A stretch of DNA of 64,000 nt from an uncultured Opitutales bacterium (GTDB lineage Bacteria; Verrucomicrobiota; Verrucomicrobiia; Opitutales; CAZCJJ01). Each line of letters opens with the position of its first letter. Positions within the stretch are counted from its first letter, which is position 1. Position numbers and translations under genes: made by a program. The stretch spans positions 1,390 through 65,389 of the forward strand of contig CAZCJJ010000001.1 of assembly GCA_964499045.1 (NCBI GenBank), in the 5' to 3' direction. This document shows positions 39,088 to 46,572 of the stretch, piece by piece. The notes below the pieces were generated by a model that was given only the letters and a program-made list of their open reading frames with translations, searched no databases and was not told the origin of the DNA.

Positions 39088-39131
39088 GAGAGGAGAGTGC
39101 GGTGGCGATATAACAAGCGACGGAGCGCGGA

Positions 39132-40631
39132 TCAGGGCAGGCGCTGCAGGCGCTCCTCCACAAATTCGCGTCGGGGATGATCCGGAGCCAGCCGGATAAA
39201 CTCCTCATAAAGGATGCGGGCATTCCTGTGGTTCTGCTGGATCATTTCGTAGCCCTGGGCCAGTGCCAGAGTGACTTCCGGGCTTTGCGGGAAACGTTCT
39301 TTGGCCCGCGCCAGTTCCCGCATGAAACGGTCACTGGGTTGGCCGCGTTGGACACTGCGCAGGAACTGCAGCGTGTAACGGACATTCGACGGCTCGCGTC
39401 GCATGGCTTCGGAGGCGGCGATCTCCGCTTCCGTGAAGTTTTCGCGGTCGTAATAGGTCCGGGAAAGCTCAAACCATCCATCCGGGTTGTCGGGGACCTC
39501 TGCCAGAGCCCGGCGGTAAAGGTGAATGGCATCCGCCAGCTTGCCTTCTTCGCGCAGTTCGCGTGCCCGGTCAAAGGGTGTCGGTTCGGCGATGGGTGGA
39601 GTGGTTTCGGCGACCACCGGCGCCGCCTCCGATGTTTCTTCGGGAGCAGCCTCTGTCCCCGCTTCAGTTGTTTCCGGCGCTTTTTGATCGGGTTCCGGCG
39701 GGGTGTCGGAGCTGGTCTGCAAATTTTGGCGAATGCGTTCGGCTTCGGCTTCACGTTGCCGGCGGATGGCCTCCTGCTCGCGGGCGAGCAATGTCTGGGC
39801 TTCCCGCCATTCCTTGAGCTGTTTCCGTGAATCGGCCAGAGGGGACTTGTCCAGTGCGCGGCTGTCCAGGGCATCGATTGCCCGAATCTGTTTTTCCGCT
39901 GCTTCCCAGTCTTTGCGGGAAAGGTGAATTTGCAGAAGGTTAAGGTGTGCCCCGAGGTGAGCATGACCACGGGCCGGGCTTTCCAATGCGGTGTCGAGCC
40001 AGATTTCCGCCTGTGCCAGATTGTTGAGTTTCATGTACAGCTTGGCGACTTCCAGAGATTCCCGGCTGTCGGGAGGGCCAGGGGAATGCCGGAAAGCCTG
40101 CAGGTAGGCATTCAGGGCATCGCGATGATGGCCCAGCGCCTGCTGGGTTTCGGCCAGATTTCGCCAGGCGAGTGTGTCCTCAGGCTCAAGGGCCAGATAG
40201 GCTTCGAGGGATTGAACCGCGGCGGCAAAGTCATCGGACTCCATGTAGGAGCGGGCGGCGTAGAGGGACAAGTCAGCGCGTTCCGGGTTGATGCGGGCGC
40301 TTTGTTCGAAGTAGATCGCGGCCAAAGTATGATCCGGCTTGCTGACGTAGGCAAATGCCATGGCTTCCATGACAGGGCCTTCGCCGGGATGCTCGCGGTC
40401 CAGCTTCTCCAGAAGCTGGATGGCCTGGTCAACCTGTCCGCCCATCGTCAGTTCAGTGGCGGAGGCGAGTTGCTGACGGATATAGCTCTGCCGCTCCTCC
40501 TCCAGGATTTCGGGCGTCTTGCGGCTGCAACCTGTCAGGAAAAAGGTTGCCACAAGGAGCGAAAAGATCGCAGTCTTTTGCCAGAGGCTCATCATCATCA
40601 GCTGTCTCTTACCTTTTTTCACCGTTTCCAA
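39132..40631 (-). CDS. TPR-repeat lipoprotein
   Basis: Lipobox FFLTGC. Multiple TPRs (ALNAYLQAFRHSPGPPDSRESLEVAKLYMKLNNLAQAEIW...) and a central Glu/Ala/Pro-rich linker. Confidence 0.7.
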   Translation of the reverse strand: METVKKGKRQLMMMSLWQKTAIFSLLVATFFLTGCSRKTPEILEEERQSYIRQQLASATELTMGGQVDQAIQLLEKLDREHPGEGPVMEAMAFAYVSKPDHTLAAIYFEQSARINPERADLSLYAARSYMESDDFAAAVQSLEAYLALEPEDTLAWRNLAETQQALGHHRDALNAYLQAFRHSPGPPDSRESLEVAKLYMKLNNLAQAEIWLDTALESPARGHAHLGAHLNLLQIHLSRKDWEAAEKQIRAIDALDSRALDKSPLADSRKQLKEWREAQTLLAREQEAIRRQREAEAERIRQNLQTSSDTPPEPDQKAPETTEAGTEAAPEETSEAAPVVAETTPPIAEPTPFDRARELREEGKLADAIHLYRRALAEVPDNPDGWFELSRTYYDRENFTEAEIAASEAMRREPSNVRYTLQFLRSVQRGQPSDRFMRELARAKERFPQSPEVTLALAQGYEMIQQNHRNARILYEEFIRLAPDHPRREFVEERLQRLP

Positions 40632-40648
40632 CCTGTCAAGTGTTCAGA

Positions 40649-41698
40649 ATGCAAGCTTTGTTAAACTATAGCCTACTCTTGCTGTTTTTTACCGTTCCGG
40701 TTAGCCATTTGCTATCCCAAAGTCAATGGACCCCCCCGGACTCCTTGGCGAGAACTGTTTTCGAGTACCCGCTCAAGGGTTTCGGCGAGGCCGATTATGA
40801 AGCGGCGGTCGAAACCTTCTTTCGTGTCTATGAAACCGAGTCCGGACGGGAGTTGAAACCGGGCGGGAAACGGCGGGCCGGGATCAAGGTTTATACGGCT
40901 TCCGGACCGGGGCTGATGACCCCTCCCGCTCTGACGGAGGCGGTGATCAAAGCCCTCGAAAAAAGAGGATTCAGCCGGGATGAGCAACTGATCGTGGATC
41001 TCTACGACCAGAGCCTGCGCGAAAGCCGCTATTTGCCCCGGCGCGGGACTTCGACAGAGCGTTTTAACGGCGTTGAGGTGATCGCACTGGATGCCGGAGA
41101 ACATCATGACCGGGACTGGTACTATGAAAGCAACCTGCCTTCCCGCGAACGTGCGGTCCGGCATATGTCCGATTCCCAGCTCTCCTATCAGGCGGATCCC
41201 GATGAACGCAAAAGCTTCCTTCCCGCTCCGCTCTTTCAGGAAACCGATTTCTGGATCAACCTACCCATGGCGGCGGACAGCGAGGCACTGGGAGTCAGCG
41301 GTGCCATGGGGAACGCCACGTTGTGGGCGGTCAGCAACAATACTCGTTTCCTGAGCAGCCCGGCCAATGCCCCGGTGGCCGCAGCGGAAATCGGGGCGAT
41401 TCCCGAATATCGTGGCAAATGGGTGTTCACCATCATGACACTGGAACGCTACCAGTTCATGGGCGGTCCCCGCTTTCATTCCCTCTACACCCGCCAGGAA
41501 CCGCGGGTCTGGATGAGCGCAAATCCGGTGGCTCTGGATTTTCTCATCTACCGCCGTATCCAGCGCGCCCGCGAACAAAACGATTTGCCCGGCATTGAGG
41601 AAGATCCCCCGCTTTTCGAATATGCCAGTGTCATTGGACTGGGAGCCTATCGCCCGGAGGAACTCCGTCTCATCCGCCTCGCCCCAGTCCAGGATTAG
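40649..41698 (+). CDS. DUF362-like protein (secreted)
   Basis: Start re-set to the ATG at 40649 (MQALLNYSLLLLFFTVPVSHLLSQ). DFWINLPMAADSEALGVSGAMGNATLW, WVFTIMTLERYQFMGGP and SANPVALDFLIYRRI resemble the conserved DUF362 blocks. Confidence 0.45.
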   Translation: MQALLNYSLLLLFFTVPVSHLLSQSQWTPPDSLARTVFEYPLKGFGEADYEAAVETFFRVYETESGRELKPGGKRRAGIKVYTASGPGLMTPPALTEAVIKALEKRGFSRDEQLIVDLYDQSLRESRYLPRRGTSTERFNGVEVIALDAGEHHDRDWYYESNLPSRERAVRHMSDSQLSYQADPDERKSFLPAPLFQETDFWINLPMAADSEALGVSGAMGNATLWAVSNNTRFLSSPANAPVAAAEIGAIPEYRGKWVFTIMTLERYQFMGGPRFHSLYTRQEPRVWMSANPVALDFLIYRRIQRAREQNDLPGIEEDPPLFEYASVIGLGAYRPEELRLIRLAPVQD

Positions 41699-41906
41699 CC
41701 GGCTTATGGACTTGAGGCTTGTTGGAGAATCCAGCCAAATAGACTGTTTTAGCCTGAAAAATTCGTGAATATTTCAGACTAAAAGATAAATGCATTTTTC
41801 TTTGAACGTTTTTCGGGATGAGGTCGTCTCAACCAGTACAAAGCATTTTATTAGTAGCGTTAGTTTCAGTTCAGTCTAGTTTGTAGTTTGCATTTAGGTT
41901 TGAAAA

Positions 41907-41936
41907 CCGCCTCTTGGGAGAGAGGCGGTTTTTTTT
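41907..41936 (+). terminator. Strong rho-independent terminator with no adjacent upstream CDS
   Basis: ccgcctct-tgggag-agaggcgg followed by tttttttt. It lies about 210 nt after the nearest + strand stop (41698), at the end of an AT-rich gap. Confidence 0.75.
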
Positions 41937-41971
41937 GTTCCGTTTTTCCCGGCGACAGGAATGATGGCGGC

Positions 41972-42778
41972 ATGGCAGGATTTCGGGTATATTTTGCGGA
42001 GGCTGAAAAGAAGCCGGCCGGCAGGGTTTCTCTTTCACGGGAGGAGAGTCATCACCTCGCCCGGGTCCTGCGTGCCCGTCCGGGCGATGTGGTCGAACTG
42101 ATGGATGGTTGTGGCCATGTCGGACAGGCGGTGGTCGCCGGGATTGACGGCCGCGAACTGGTGCTGGAGGTGTCGGGTTGGGAAGAAGTCTCTCTGCCCG
42201 CTTGCTCTCAGGTACTGGCCCAGGCGATTCCCAAGGGAAAAACAATGGATGGGGTTTTACGTCGGGTGACGGAAATCGGGGTTCATCAGGTGGTCCCCTT
42301 GGTCACGGCGCGAACGGAGGTGCGTCTGGAGCCGAAGAAGGCATCCGGGAAAAGAGGGCATTGGGAGCAGGTGGTGCTTGAGGCTTGCAAGCAGTCAGGT
42401 AACCCGTGGGCTCCTGAAATCGCACCGGTTTGCGGGTTTGCGGAGTGGGTGTCGGCTTTGTCGGATCCCGGCCCCGGCGAATGCCGGCTGATGGGGAGTC
42501 TTCTTCCTGGTGCGGGTTTCCTGTCCACGGTTTGGCCTTCCGGCAAGGTGGACCGGGTGCTTTGGGCGATCGGCCCCGAAGGCGATTTCACGGCGGAAGA
42601 ATACGAAGCCTTATCCCGGGCCGGGTTTCGGGCAGTCACGCTGGGGACCCATGTTTTGCGGGTGGAGACCGCAGTGTCCGTTGCTTTGGGCCAAAGCCTG
42701 TTGATGATCCATTCCCAGCCCGAACCCGGCGGAGCAATAGGAATGAACCCAAAGACTGATGAACCGCTTTTAACCTGA
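41972..42778 (+). CDS. rsmE: 16S rRNA (uracil1498-N3)-methyltransferase
   Basis: Start re-set to the ATG at 41972 (MAGFRVYF). HHLARVLRARPGDVVELMDG, LAQAIPKGKTMDGVLRRVTEIGV, WEQVVLEACKQSGNPWAPEI and IGPEGDFT parallel the E. coli RsmE blocks. Confidence 0.8.
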   Translation: MAGFRVYFAEAEKKPAGRVSLSREESHHLARVLRARPGDVVELMDGCGHVGQAVVAGIDGRELVLEVSGWEEVSLPACSQVLAQAIPKGKTMDGVLRRVTEIGVHQVVPLVTARTEVRLEPKKASGKRGHWEQVVLEACKQSGNPWAPEIAPVCGFAEWVSALSDPGPGECRLMGSLLPGAGFLSTVWPSGKVDRVLWAIGPEGDFTAEEYEALSRAGFRAVTLGTHVLRVETAVSVALGQSLLMIHSQPEPGGAIGMNPKTDEPLLT

Positions 42779-42875
42779 CTCACCCCCCGTACCAAACCGC
42801 CAAGCGGCGTGAGGTCACGCCGCCTCCGTGAGTCGCAAACCTGAATACTTTTACTGATTGAGGAACGACAAGACT

Positions 42876-43532
42876 ATGAACGAGTTGAAATTACTTTTCC
42901 CTGAAATCATTCCGGAAGCCTGGCCCCGCCTGGAGGCTTGGGCGGCGCTGATGCGTGAATGGAACCCGAAGATCAACCTGGTTTCCCGCAAGGATATCGA
43001 TAATCTGGAGATCCGGCATCTGGCTCATTGTCTGGCAATCACACGGGTTTTGAAACTGATGAACGGGGCGAGGGTGCTCGATGTGGGCACCGGAGGAGGG
43101 CTTCCGGGCTTGCCGATGGCCATTTGCTATCCGCAGGCCCATTTCCTGCTCATTGATTCGGTCGGCAAAAAGATCAAAGTCGTGGAGGATATTGCGGAGA
43201 GACTGGGGCTGGAAAATGTGGATGTCCGGCATGGCCGGGTCGAAACGCTGAACCGGCAATTCGATTTCGTAACCGGCCGGGCAGTGACGGCGCTGCCGGA
43301 GTTTGTCGGTTGGGTGAGAACACTGCTGCGGCGGGGGGCCAAGCATTCACTCGAAAACGGGATTCTCTACTGGAAAGGTGGGGACTTGGAACCGGAATTG
43401 AAAGCACTCCGGATTCGTCCTCGGCACATTTTTCAAGTCCAGGATTACCTGTCGGATCCCTGGTTTGACGGGAAGTATATTGTCCACCTGTTGGCCCAGG
43501 ACCTGAAGCATGCAAAAACAGGCCCGGCGTAA
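42876..43532 (+). CDS. rsmG: 16S rRNA (guanine527-N7)-methyltransferase
   Basis: WNPKINLVSRKDIDNLEIRHLAHCL, VLDVGTGGGLPGLPMAI, VTGRAV. Start re-set to the ATG at 42876. Confidence 0.8.
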   Translation: MNELKLLFPEIIPEAWPRLEAWAALMREWNPKINLVSRKDIDNLEIRHLAHCLAITRVLKLMNGARVLDVGTGGGLPGLPMAICYPQAHFLLIDSVGKKIKVVEDIAERLGLENVDVRHGRVETLNRQFDFVTGRAVTALPEFVGWVRTLLRRGAKHSLENGILYWKGGDLEPELKALRIRPRHIFQVQDYLSDPWFDGKYIVHLLAQDLKHAKTGPA

Positions 43533-43534
43533 TC

Positions 43535-44152
43535 CTATCCTTTGCGGCCGCCTGAGAATAGTTCGAGCTGGGGGGCTTTGATCATATCGTAGTTTTTCAG
43601 GATGCGCAGGATTTGCAGCAGGTCTGATTTCTGGTAGTTGTGATTCACTTCCAGCTTGTCCAGAATATCCTGGAGGATGGAGCGGAAGGAAAGGATGGCA
43701 TCCACCCCGGCTTTTTTGAGCAGGTCGATACTTTGGCTCTTGTGCGGCTCATGGGTGGGCAGACCGGGCAGGACCAGGATTTTCATCAAGAATCCGGAGT
43801 CTTCGGTCAGGTCGGGGCTGATGTTGAAAAGGGCCTCGGCCTGTTTGAGGACATCGCGTTCCAGAAACTTGAAGATATCGGCACTGCCCCGGAGAGTAGC
43901 GGGGGTGAAGCGGTGGCTGTGCCAGGGCTTGATGCTGACCACGGCCCGGTGGATGCAAGGCAGGTCGGATGGGAAAAGCATAAAACCGGGCTGGCGTTCC
44001 TCCTGCTTGTATGCCGGGTTGTAAACCATGAAATCCAGCTCCTCGTCGCTCCGTTTGTCCCGTCCCTGGACCACGTATTTGCGAAGCTGACGAACCAGAA
44101 ACCCGTTGGTTTCAAAATATTCGCGTACCACCGTTTCGTCGATGCCTGCCAT
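43535..44152 (-). CDS. Conserved-looking hypothetical protein, possible PD-(D/E)xK-like fold
   Basis: Clean 205-aa ORF. N-terminal REYFETNGFLVRQ...EELDFMVYNP...RAVVSIKPW resembles the YraN/endonuclease-like pattern (YL..G......GEIDL...VEVK), but with Ser in place of the acidic residue. Confidence 0.35.
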   Translation of the reverse strand: MAGIDETVVREYFETNGFLVRQLRKYVVQGRDKRSDEELDFMVYNPAYKQEERQPGFMLFPSDLPCIHRAVVSIKPWHSHRFTPATLRGSADIFKFLERDVLKQAEALFNISPDLTEDSGFLMKILVLPGLPTHEPHKSQSIDLLKKAGVDAILSFRSILQDILDKLEVNHNYQKSDLLQILRILKNYDMIKAPQLELFSGGRKG

Positions 44153-44282
44153 TTGCGGCTTCCAGCGTTAACGAGCATAGCGTGGGCTCCAAGCCTAAAG
44201 TAGCATTTCGGGACCACTACTTTCTTTTTGCTTACCTGCCCAAACCTTGTTTGTAGTAGACTATTCTCCGGTAAAACAAACT

Positions 44283-45011
44283 ATGGACACCACCGCATCA
44301 CGCATACATCCCACCGCCATCATTGAAGAAGGCGTCCTTATCGGTGCCGGCTGCGAAATCGGTCCCTACTCTGTTTTGCGCAAGGGAACCGTCCTCGCAG
44401 AGCGGGTGAAGGTTGACTGCCATGTGGTGCTTGGAGGCAACCCTCAGGTGATGAATCTGGATGAGGATTTTGAGTCGGGTGTCGAAATCGGTGAGGGGAC
44501 TGTGCTCCGCGAGGGGGTCACGGTCAGCCGGGCGACCCAGGCGGGCAGTGCAACCCGGATAGGTCAGGGCTGTTTGCTGATGGCCAACTGCCATGTGGGG
44601 CATGATTCGCAGATCGGCAACCATGTCATTATGGCCAATGGCGCGATTATCGCGGGCCATTGTATGGTCGAGGATCATGCCTTTCTCAGCGCAACAGTCC
44701 TGCTGCACCAGTTTTGCCGGGTGGGCGAAAGTGCGATGGTCAGCGGAGGCAGCCGTATTTCGCTGGATGTTCCCCGTTTTGTACTGGTCTCCGAGCGCAA
44801 CCATATCTCGGGCCTCAATATGGTCGGGCTGAAGCGCCGTGGGTTTTCGATGGAAGCCATTCGGGACATCAAGCGGCTTTTCCATGCGGTCTATCGTGGC
44901 AGTGGCCCTCTGGCGGAGAGGGCGGCCAGCCTCGAAGCGGCCACCCCGGAGGGCCAGCGGTTTATCGAGTTCTACCGCAAAAGCTCACGGGGTATCGCCC
45001 GCCCGGGCTGA
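44283..45011 (+). CDS. lpxA: Acyl-ACP--UDP-N-acetylglucosamine O-acyltransferase
   Basis: Left-handed beta-helix hexapeptide repeats (IHPTAIIEEGVLIGAGCEIGPYSVL...) plus a helical C-terminal domain NMVGLKRRGFSMEAIRDIKRLFHAVYR. Start re-set to the ATG at 44283. Confidence 0.8.
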   Translation: MDTTASRIHPTAIIEEGVLIGAGCEIGPYSVLRKGTVLAERVKVDCHVVLGGNPQVMNLDEDFESGVEIGEGTVLREGVTVSRATQAGSATRIGQGCLLMANCHVGHDSQIGNHVIMANGAIIAGHCMVEDHAFLSATVLLHQFCRVGESAMVSGGSRISLDVPRFVLVSERNHISGLNMVGLKRRGFSMEAIRDIKRLFHAVYRGSGPLAERAASLEAATPEGQRFIEFYRKSSRGIARPG

Positions 45012-45186
45012 TGTTTTCTGACCAAAGTAGCCTCAAGTCTTCAGTGAGACCGTTTCGGGCTATCAAGTTCCAGAAGATTCAGGGAAGGGTTTTTAACCTG
45101 TTTTTTTTGGTGAATTGGGCAGATGGTATAAAAGCAGTATGAATTCCACTTGACAGAAAAGCATTTTATTGTGACGTTAGAATAAA

Positions 45187-45879
45187 ATGCGAGAAGGATC
45201 TCAATATGCGTGGCAATCGGGAAGACTCCGTTCGGCGTTTTCACTAATTGAGCTGCTCTCCGTACTGACTGTAACCGCCATTCTTGTGGCTATTGCAATT
45301 CCCGCATTGGGTCGTGTGCTTGAATCCTCTCGCACATCGAAGTGCAGCGGCAATCTACGGAATATTGGCACTGCCGTTCACCTCTACATCAATGACAATA
45401 ACGGTGCCTTTCCTCCAGCCGCTCAGGGTCCGTTTGGCTATTGGTACAATCTGCTCAACCCTTACATGGAGGGTAGTAATGCGGCGACGGGAGACATCGA
45501 CCGCCCTGCGTGGCAACACTGCCCCTCCAAGAAGGTAGTGGGGGGAAATCACGAAGTGGTTGGTTACGGATGGAATCAACTTGGATTTGGCAATCGCACT
45601 TATGGCGACCCACCTGACTCCAATGCCTTTGCCAGTATACACAAGTTGTTGAATCCATCCGAAGTAGTGATTATCGGAGACTCCAAGGATGAGGATGTAC
45701 ATCCGGAAAACAACTGGGAGCACAGGTACATCTATGCCGCCACTGGATTTTGGCGCAATCATGCGCAGCGTCACAATGGCGGAGGAAATTATCTTTATGT
45801 CGACGGCAGAGTCGAATGGATGACTCCTAAGACGTTACAAGGCCGTCTGCCTGATGTTTTTACCAGAAAGGAACAATGA
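45187..45879 (+). CDS. Prepilin-type N-terminal cleavage/methylation domain protein with H-X9-DG motif
   Basis: SAFSLIELLSVLTVTAILVAIAIPA (pilin-like N-terminus) and C-terminal HNGGGNYLYVDG (H-X9-DG). Confidence 0.8.
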   Translation: MREGSQYAWQSGRLRSAFSLIELLSVLTVTAILVAIAIPALGRVLESSRTSKCSGNLRNIGTAVHLYINDNNGAFPPAAQGPFGYWYNLLNPYMEGSNAATGDIDRPAWQHCPSKKVVGGNHEVVGYGWNQLGFGNRTYGDPPDSNAFASIHKLLNPSEVVIIGDSKDEDVHPENNWEHRYIYAATGFWRNHAQRHNGGGNYLYVDGRVEWMTPKTLQGRLPDVFTRKEQ

Positions 45880-46553
45880 CCCATCATCTCCAGAGCAGTT
45901 TACACATCGGAGGCGGATCGCGAGGACTCTCTTCGGTTGAAAGCATGATCGGTACCGCCATCTGCCTCTTGCTTGTGGCATTATTGACGCAAGGGATGTC
46001 CGATGTTGAAGAGCGCCGGGTCGAAGTTCTTTGTCAGGCTAATTTGCGTCAGTTGGCCGCTTCGGTACAGCGTTACGCGGTGGACAACAACGGACGCATG
46101 CCGGATGCACTGGACCGTAGTACAAGGCCCTGGCGTTGGTGGACCAATGAGGTTTTTCCTTATGTCGAGGATGTGCGTGCATTCTATTGCCCCGTTGTGG
46201 CCCCTCAGTACTACGGAAGCAGGGCTGATTCCCCCCTCTTGCCAGTTACATGGGACCCTGGCTTGCTCAGTTATGGAATGAATTACCGTTTCGGAACCGC
46301 ACATGGGAGAGACAAAAATCTGAGAATTGACCAGCTGACTCATCCGGAAAACACGATTCTGCTGGCGGAGTCCCATTATTATTTGGTGCGGATTCATTCT
46401 TCCGTATGGCTCAAGGATATCGCTCCGAGGCACAAGGGCCGGGCCAATGTTGTGTTTGTCAATGGTGCGGTCGATTCATTTGAAATCGACGGTGACCAGT
46501 ACCCCCGCCGACAGGGCGAGGGAATCTACAATACCCAACTTTGGGAGCTCTGA
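45876..46553 (+). CDS. Degenerate pseudopilin-like protein with H-X9-NG motif
   Basis: SSVESMIGTAICLLLVALLTQG (degenerate pilin N-terminus) and C-terminal HKGRANVVFVNG. Start overlaps the upstream stop (ATGA). Confidence 0.6.
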   Translation: MTHHLQSSLHIGGGSRGLSSVESMIGTAICLLLVALLTQGMSDVEERRVEVLCQANLRQLAASVQRYAVDNNGRMPDALDRSTRPWRWWTNEVFPYVEDVRAFYCPVVAPQYYGSRADSPLLPVTWDPGLLSYGMNYRFGTAHGRDKNLRIDQLTHPENTILLAESHYYLVRIHSSVWLKDIAPRHKGRANVVFVNGAVDSFEIDGDQYPRRQGEGIYNTQLWEL

Positions 46554-46572
46554 CCTTTTGCCCCTATTGTAT

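Noticed and set aside
45150-45183. TTGACA hexamer upstream of the pseudopilin operon, considered as a sigma-70 -35 box.
   Set aside because: The candidate -10 hexamers (tattgt, tagaat) lie 11 and 22 nt away, outside the 16-19 nt window, so no promoter call was made.
46447-46572. Upstream extension of the 900-aa ORF that overlaps the preceding pseudopilin-like gene by 107 nt.
   Set aside because: The in-frame ATG at 46573 is followed by a textbook signal peptide (MKKKLLIPFTLLIAAMLNTSA). The extension has no independent support.
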